Below the pieces are notes generated by a model, which saw only the letters and a list, made by a program, of their open reading frames with translations, was not told where the DNA came from and searched no databases. Made by a program: the position numbers and the translations under genes. From positions 1 to 62,041 of IMG/VR virus record IMGVR_UViG_3300014208_000007: a stretch of 62,041 nt of DNA. One strand, 5' to 3'. The DNA is from a virus. Shown here in pieces: positions 9,401 to 18,400 of the stretch (its first letter is position 1; each line of letters opens with the position of its first letter).

Positions 9401-12400
9401 CCAAGGCCCGATCTTCCTTCAGATACGGTCCATGACTTCCTCCCCATGACATGATGGACAAAGGTGTCCGTCCCTTCCTCGATGTCGACAGCGTATCCCT
9501 TTACTTCTTGGAACCCCGGAGTGTCGGACTGTACCCCCTTCGCCACAAAATACTTTTTCGTAGTTGGGGCGTCCGCAACGTCTTCCTTCCCGAGGACCTT
9601 CCCCTCCCACCAGTCCGCCTCGGGGGCCACTTCCTTCGCCATCACGGGGTCCGGAAGGCCGGTAAGTCCGGTCAGGTCGATCTCGTCTGCCGGTGTCTTC
9701 GACAGGTCCTCTACCGGCATCGCCTTGAGTTCCGCTTCCACTTCGATCAGGCGGCTTTCCTTGGCGGCGAGGTCGTCCTCGTGGTCGAACGGTTTATCAA
9801 GAAGTTCCCCGAGGTCCTTGTTCTGCTTGGCGAGCCGGTCGGTTTCCTTCCTTAATTCGGCCGGTTTTTCCTGCGCGTTCCGGACGAAGGTCTCGATCGA
9901 CGACATCACGCCGCGGGGGGTGGAGACGGTACGGTTTGCCCCAAGTTTGTCGCTCATCGTCTTTTCGAAGAGTTGATACCTGAATCCAGCGTCGCCTACG
10001 GTAACAATTATCCCATCGCCTTTCGCCATATTTACGTAATTATAATCAACGGTTGATTCCACTCTCATACCGAACGGAATACCATTCACGGTTCCGGAAT
10101 ATACCTGCGAAAGATTGACGCCGTTGCTTTTTAATTCATAGAACCGATCCCTGCTGTTTACATTTTTGAATGCTTCTGCGGTCTTCGCTCGAAGGGTTTT
10201 CTCTACCTCCGTGAAATGCTCAACGAAGGAATCCCTATCGAAGTCACCCTTTACCCCGGACAGCTTGAACTCGACTACCTTCCCGTCCGGGAACGCCTTG
10301 GCGAGAATCTTGATGGCGGATTCCCATTCCTTCGCGGACGCTTCGAGCCTTTCGATGCCGTTGTTGTTCTGCCATATGGTCGTCCTTGCCCTGCCGATTT
10401 CGTTCTCGTGGGAAGATTTCAGGGACTTGAGATTCCGGATCTGGCTTTCCAACCCGAACTTCTCCCGGACCTTCGGATTCCCGAAGGACGCCATCATATC
10501 TTCGAACGTACCCTGCGCCGGGTCGAACGGATCTTCAAAGGTCCGATCCTGCAGGTCGCCGCGGAGGATCTGGTTGATGAACTTCTGTTTCGTCTGAAGG
10601 CGCTGCGCGGCGACGGAATCCATGGTCGCCTTGTGCCCGTAGGTGGTTATGTCGATGGTGTCGATCGTGTTCCCTGGCCGCCAGATACGCCCGTTCCGCT
10701 GCTCGAAGTCCATCGGCCGGCCGGGGATGTCGAGGTGGTGGGCCCGGACGAGGCGCTCCTGGATGTTGACGCCTACCCCGAGCTTCTCCGTGCCCCCCAT
10801 GACGAACCGCACTTCGCCGTCATTCACTTTGGCAAAGAGGGATTCCCTTTTCTCGTCGGTCTTGTAATCGTGGATGATGGCGATTTCGCTCTCAGGCACC
10901 CCGTTCTTTATGAGTTTCTTCTTGATGTCCTCGAAGAGGTTGAATTTACCGTCGGGACTCTGATACAGGTCGGAGAAGATGACCTGCGCGGCTTTCAGCT
11001 CCTTCGTGTCCTTCCACACCTGCACGGCTTCCTCGACGAGCCTGTTCACCTTGGACCCCGGGATGTCCGGCCGAGAAGAATCGACCAATCGGAGGTCGAT
11101 CGCCGCCTTCTTCGCCAGACCGAAGAGGACCATGGGAACGTGGCGGCTGTCCCTCTTCTCCCTACCGGGCAGTTTGTCCCATGCTTCCTTCTGCAACTTG
11201 ATCCCTTGGATAAAACTCGCAAGTTCGGCCGGCCGCTCCAACATGATCTGCCGTGGGGCGCCGCCCTTGATCGTCGGACGGGCCACGTTCACGTCTTCCG
11301 CCATGATGACGTCGGCCGCCGTTCTCCACATCGTCAGGAGTTCCGGGCCGTTGACGTACTCCGCGAACCGCGAGACCTCCTTGAAGTCCGTCGTCATCGT
11401 TTCTTCCAGTTCCGTCTTCACGTTGCCGAAGTTCGCGGCGAACGCATCGAAACTGGTAACGCCGTATGCCTCCATGAGGTCGGGACGGATGTACCGCAGG
11501 TGCGTCCACAACTCCGCCATGGTGTTCGATATCGGAGTACCGGTGGCGATGATGACGTTCTTCCCGCCGGTCTTCCCTCGAACCTCGGCCGTCTTCAGGA
11601 GGTGAAGCATGGAACGCCCGGCCGATCCAGAGTCGATCCCCTTGACCCGGTCCATCTTCGTGTAAAACTCGCTGCGCTTGTATTTGTGGGCCTCGTCGAC
11701 AAGGAGGGCGTCCACCCCTAGGTCGTCGAAGTTCAGCATCCCTTCCTTATGGCCGCGCGCCAGAAGCGCCACGATCTTCTCTTCCTTGTTTTTCTTCAGT
11801 TTCTCCCACTGCTTTACGGTCCGCTTGTCTTCCCCTCGCGCCTCCATCTCCTTGATGATGGCTTCCAGTTCCGCGACCTGCTCCTGCACGTAGGCGGCTT
11901 CCTTCTCCGGCTTCACCGACAGCATGTCGTAGGTGCTGTGCTGAAGAACTACCGCGTCCCAATCACCTGTCGCTATCTGGGCAAGGAGTTTCTTTCGGTT
12001 CTTCGCCTGGAGCTGTCGGGTGTTCGGGATCAGGACCCTCGCCGTCGGGTACAGTTCACGGAACGCCCTGCCGTACTGGTTGAGGGTGGACCCCTGTACC
12101 ACGATCATCGGCTTCTTGGCCGTTCCGATGCGCCGCATCTCCATGGCCGTGGTGGCGAAGATGTAGGTCTTCCCGGTTCCGACCGCATGGGCCAACAGGG
12201 TGCTCTCCTGCAGCGACCGGGAGACCGCTCGCTTCTGGTGAGGATGCAGCGTGATCGAATGCGAGGCCCCGGGGTAATGCTTCATCGTCGGCGTGTGCGC
12301 GGTCTTCAGGACCATGTTGTTCTTGTCGCGGTTGTAAATGTCCTTCAGGACCGGCGCCCACTTCTCGCTCTTCCTCGTCCACGACAGGAACTCCGCCTGC

Positions 12401-15400
12401 AGTTTCTTCTGCATCTCGCGGGCGGCGATGGTCCTCTTTTCGTCAACCACCCACTTCGGGGCATTCCTCTCGCCCACGTCTATACGGACTTCCGTGAATT
12501 TCAGGTTGAAGGAGTCCTTTAGGATATCGAGCGCGTTGGCGCCATCCACCCCCCACGTGTTCTGCGCAAGGGCGGAGAGCCCGTGTCGCGGGTTATCCAT
12601 GAAAAACTTGCTGTTGTCGGCGGATTCAGAATACGAAACGGCGATGTCCATGCCGAGGGTGTCTTTGATGAAGTCGGTATATGCCTCCGTGGGTACCCAC
12701 GTCGACCCGATCCTCATGTATATCTGGTCGATCTCAAGGTCCTTCGGCTGCACCCTCTTCAGCGCCTCGATGTTCTTCTCGAACCGCGGATCGTCCTTGA
12801 CCGCCTCTTCCGCCCGGATCAGTTTGTCGCGCACGTTCCCGGAAAGGTATTCGTCCTGCCCCTCGAGCAGGCCGGTGGCGGGGTTGATGTACGCAAGTCC
12901 GTCATTGGCGAGTTTTTCCGTGACGCCTTCCACGGTGCTATTCAGAAGTTTTGCGATGTACGCCGCGTCGACCTTGTTCCGGTACGTCATCGATATCTTC
13001 ACCGCATCGTCGGCCGACTCCGCCGAGACCGGTTCCTTGAACGGGAAGATGGTCCGCTCCGTGAAGATCGCCGCCTTCACGAAAGTCTTTTCCTTCGCTG
13101 TGGTGGTCTGCCCCTTGTTCGGCCCGCTCTTCACCAGGTAGGTCTTCGGGACCTCGACCTGCTTCTCCAGGGAGAGGGCAAGCGGATACTCGCCGTCTTC
13201 GGAAAGCCACTGATGGGACTTGTCGGATACCGGCCCGTGGCGTTTCACGAATTCGTCGTATGCCTTGTTGAGTTTCGTCCGCTGCGCTTCGATCTGTGCG
13301 TCCGTCGATCCCTCGTCGAGTTGCAGGTGGATCAGTTCCTTCGCCAGATCCCGTACTCCGATATACCTTTTCGCAACTACCACTCTCGCTGCGTACTTCG
13401 TGAAGTCGGGACGTACCAGTTCCCCGCCTTCGTTCACGTACAGTTGCCCGTCCTTTTCGAGCAGGATCCCGTTCTTCGTGCCGGATTCGGCGAAGACCGT
13501 TCCCTGCTGACTGACAAGCGCCCCCTCGCCGGCGATCGCCGCGGGGAAACTGTTGACGGCCTTGGCGAGTGCCTCCTCGAGGGGTTCCTTGCCAGGCAGG
13601 AGGGTGTATTCCTTCCCGTCGCCGCCGTACATCGACCCCTTCATGGAGTGCTCGCCAAGGACCATCTCGGGGTGATTGATGAAATACTCGTTGACCGGGG
13701 CGTTCTCTCCGGCGGCTGTCTCCACAGTCAGGACGTTGCGGAACTGCTGCGCGCCGGTGAACTGCGAGGCGTCTTTTTTACGGAACACGAGGATGTCGGT
13801 GACCACTTCCGTCCCTGCGCTCTTCTCGAACGCGGCGGAGGGAAGGCGGACGGCTCCTACGAAATCCGCCTTCTTCGCAAAGTAGTCACGCATCTTGCCG
13901 CCGGAAGCGGAGTCAAGCGTGTAGTGAGACGTGATTGCGATGACGATTCCGCCTGGACGGACGAGATCGATCTTTCGTGCGATGAAATAGTTGTGGATGC
14001 TCCAGCCGGAATAATCCTTATGCTTGGGGTCAGTGACAGGATACTTCCCAAACGGCACGTTGGATATGGCGAGGTCCGCGGAGTTGTCCTTCATCGCCTG
14101 TGCGGTCTGGAACCCGGTGATCTGCACGTTCGCCTCGGGATAGAGGCGCTTCAGCATGGCCCCGGAGGTCTTGTCGAGCTCGACCGCCTGGACGATTGCG
14201 CGCTTGGCGATGCCTTCCGGCATCAGACCGAGGATGTGCCCAATACCTGCGGAGGGTTCCACGATCCGGCCGCCCTTGATCCCAAGGCGTTCCGCGATCG
14301 GCCACAGCCCTTTCGAAATGACTTCCCGCGAGGTGTAATGCGCGTTCATCGTGGACGCCTTGGCGGCGTTCCACTCCTCTTTGGAGAGGATCCCGCCGAG
14401 GTCCGGGTGGAGTTTCTTTCCGATGCGGTCAAACCACTTCTTGTATTTCTCAGGCTCTCCCTGCCACGACTGGATGGTCCCGTCCTTCTGTCTGTCGTAG
14501 ACGACTTCTTTGTCGAAACCGAACACGTCCTGCGCGAGGGACCCCCACCCGGAAAATTGAGCAAGGATCTTCTTCTCTTCGGGAGAGGGGTTACGGTTTT
14601 CCGCTTCGAGTTTTCGGGAGAGTTCTAACGCCTTGATGTTTGCATTGATCCGGCCGACCTTGCCAGCAGGTACGATTATATCTCCTGGAGCAATGACGTG
14701 GTTTCGGTCCTCGATTCGTACAGGTTCTCTGCCCACTGGATGATTGCGGACTTCAGGGACTCCTGCAACGGCTCCGGTTCCTTCTCCGGCGGGGGCGGCG
14801 ATATCACCTGCTCCGCCACGATCTCGTCGATCTGGTACCTTGGAAGTCCCTTTTCCTGAAGGTTGTACCCCAGGTCCAGCGCCCGCCCCACCTTCTCCGA
14901 CAGGTACATCCGGAGTGCCGACCGGTCCTTGAAGTACATCTTCTTCACGAACTGCGGCTTGTTCTCCAGGAGCCACAGAAGGTGGTCCATCCAATAACTG
15001 TCCTTCTCGTACTCCCTCGCCAGTTCCACCAACATCGGGGACTCCTCCTGATTCTATTGGGAGCGGTTTTTTCTCGGTTGTCAAGGGGGAAGTTACAGGT
15101 TCCTGGGCGATCTGTTTTCGCACCTCCGCCGCTGTAATTGCATTTTCTATCACCTCTTCCCGGGTGGCCCAACCGAGGCCATCGGCCAACAGGGGTTCTA
15201 CCGTGCGACGTACCCCCTCTTTCGTGATCTCGTAGGAGTATCGCCCCTTGTCGTTCTGGAGAATCTTGTAATCAATGTTCCCAAGGGTTCCGGCACCCTT
15301 TCTTGCGAGGTCTGCCCGCAGCGCATGTTCCGGAGAGAGAGAACCAGCAGCACCTTCTTTATTCTTTGTGAATTCAGTAGGAGACACCGTGGCCTTACTT

Positions 15401-18400
15401 CCCTCAAGGCGAATGTTCCCTTCCGAGTCGATATGTGAAATCTTATGCCCGGCCTTGTTCCATCCTGTCCTGTAATAAACCGTATCGCCGACACTGAATC
15501 CCTGCGCCAAAGTGAGTGCCTTGTTGGAGGAAACCTTTTCCTCGATCGGTATGGCCTTCACGCCATCGCGCGTTGGAATAATCGCGGCCTTCTTCCATGT
15601 GACGACGGGGGCCGACTCCGGTGTCTCTTCCTTCGCCTTCTCCTTCAGCCACGCCGCTTTCTTCTCGAACGGTTTCAGCGTGAAGAATTTCTGCGTGGCC
15701 CCCACGCCCGCGGGGAGTTTCTGCCCGGTGATCTCGTAGAAGATGTTCCGGCTGATCTTGTTCGACGGGTGGAGCATGGAGTTGTAGGCGCCGCGCTCGA
15801 TGGCGGTCCGCACCATCGCGGCGGACTTGATGGCAGCCGTCTCGCTGATCTTGTCGTCGATGGCCCGGTAGCGGTCGGCGATCTTCTGAAGTTCCTTCCC
15901 GCGCTCCGGCAGGGTCCCGTCCTTCAGGAAGTCCCGGACGAGGCGATAGTCGGTCATGACGGGCTGCAGGTGCGGCGACAGGTTCGGCTGGTAGCCAATC
16001 TGCCCGGGCTTCAGGTAGACGAGGAACCGGGGATCCGATTCGTGCTTCCCGAGGTCCCTGTTGCGCTCCGACATCGGCCGGCCTTCCGGGGCGGTGATGA
16101 CGTCCATGTCCGCGTCGGTCAGGTCCTTGCCGGGCTTGTCGATAGGGAGGCCCTTGAAGAGTTTCTGGTCTGTCTTGGCACGAGTAACCTCTGGCTTAGG
16201 CGTGCCTTCGCCCCCCTTGTCGACAGGTGCCTCCGGGGGGACGGAAGGGGGCGGCTCAACCGGTGCCTTCTTCGCTTCCGGGACCTCGACCACGCCCTGC
16301 TTGACCACTCTCGTCTCAGGAAGGACCTTGAAGTCAGCCTTGTCGGACTGCCCGATATGGGACGCCCACTGCTGGACTTCCTTTTTCCCGACCTTGTCGG
16401 TCTCAAGGGACCCAAGGTTGTGCTTCGCCGATGCCTCGTCGTCCCATACGATGTTCGTGGTCCCGTCGGAATTTGCCGAGGTGACCGTACCCTTCGACCC
16501 GTCGAAGATGGATTCGATCCGCTTCCCACGGATGGCCTCTACTCCGTGGGGGAGTTGGTCGAGGTGGACGGTGCCGGTCGCCTTCGATTGCTTGATGGCG
16601 AGGTTCCGCTTCTCGCGGTCAAGGCGAACATCCTTGCTTGTTGGATCAAGTTTCTCCCCCGATCTCGGCACCGCACCCCGTTCAGCTCGAGCATTCTCGA
16701 AGGATATCTCCGCTTCGGTCTTCTTCCGGGCGGGTTCGGGAACGACTACCTCGATCGGTTTCGGCTTCTCGCCGGCCAGTATCGCCTTGCGCCGGTCCTT
16801 CAAGGCGTCCAATGATCCCTTGTGCTTACTCAGGCGGTCGGACAATTCCATCCGCCCTAGGGTATCGGATGCCGGGGTATCCTTCAGTTCCTTCTCGAGG
16901 TTGGCGATGTGGGAATCGACCACCTGGATGTCGGAATCCACGGTCGGCAGGTCGGGCACCTGGCTTTCGGGGTACGGTGATCGGACAGGGCGCGGAGCGG
17001 TGCGGCGGTCGCCAACATGTGCCTCGGCCGCCTTCGCCGCCGCCTCGAGGTCAGTGAACTGACCGAGGGACTTCCCGCCCGGGGCCTTGGCCTCCCAGAC
17101 GGCCTCTCCCTTGTCGTTCTGCACCTCAACGATACCCGCCTTCGCGGTGCCGAAGTCGTCATCCTGCACGTCGAGGAAGTGCGACGGCTCGCCGGGGATG
17201 GCGCCGCGGTCTCCGGTCCAACGGTCGCCCGGGGGCGTCACTGGAGCGTCGGATACTTCGTGCGGGACGGGGCGGAGTTCGCTCTTGGGCTTCTCAGCCT
17301 GCCTTGTAAGGTATTTTTGATGTAACAGGGAATTTTTCAGGACGTAGGTAATCCCCTGCTCCCTCGGGGATTTACCTCCATACCCCATCTCTGGATCATC
17401 CAGAATTTCCTGTTGAATCTCGGGCGGGAGAGCGGGATTCAACTGATCGACCTTTCCGGGTTCGAATGCTACCCCTTTCCCTTCCTCGGCAACGGGAGCG
17501 GGTTTCTTTTCCCCGGCTTCAGGGACATTGACGGTCTCCTTCTTGGCTTTCTTCGCCGCCTTCGGCGCAGGTGGGGCCGGTTCAGGGGACGGAGTAGGAC
17601 CGGGGGGCGGAGCCTCTTCCGCGGCCTTTCCACCCTTCTTCTCTTCCCGGGTCTCCCGGAGCGCTGACCCGGCGCCTCCCATGAGGCCCATGATGAACGA
17701 CGGGGGGATAACGTTGATCCCGGAGATGAGTTGTTTTTTCGCCTCTTCTGCGGAGGGAGGTTCATAAGATACCCTTGCGTTTTCGTCGTAAAACGCCTCT
17801 TGCGCCTTGATTTTACGGACGTTTTCAGGTTCGGCAACAACATTCTTCGCCAGTATCTCGGCCGGTTCCTCAAGGTATTCCGTCCCCGCTTCGACGGCGC
17901 CGGTAGTCAACCAGTTGAGAAGGCGGGATTTCGCGCCTGGGGACTTGAGCATCTTCCCGACGGAGATAGCGTTGAGTCCGGCCGAGGCAAGCGTCATCGT
18001 CTCGCCGGCCAAAAGCGCCTGATCCTCGGTTCCTCCGCGCTTCAGGACCTCTTCGAAGGTCGACGCCCCCTCGAGCGCCCCGCCCGCGGAGCCACCGGCA
18101 ACGGATCCGCCGATCTGCGCGAGGCGGGCAATCACCTGTGGAGTCCACTGTATAGCCTTCCCGAGCACCTGAATCCCACGTCCTGCTCCCAAGGCCGGAA
18201 TGATCGAGGCGGCGAACGACGGGACGGTATCGGCTATGTTGTAGGCCCACCAAGCGGATTCTCCAAGAAGTTCGGGTTTCTTCAGGATGTCACCTTGGAG
18301 TTTCGTATCCGGCTTGAAGTTTTCGGCCGCCCCCTCCCAGAATTCCTTCGCCACCCGGCCGGCGCCCGAAAGCGACGGAATACCCAATTTCCTTCCGGCG

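Noticed and set aside
7132-14628. Very long plus-strand ORFs (for example 12583-14628 at 681 aa, 10216-11721 at 501 aa, 7132-8202 at 356 aa) antisense to the giant gene
   Set aside because: Their translations are Arg/Gly/Pro/Leu/Val-rich with no motifs and no SD. Long open antisense frames are expected in GC-rich coding DNA, and the minus-strand frame carries clear enzyme motifs.
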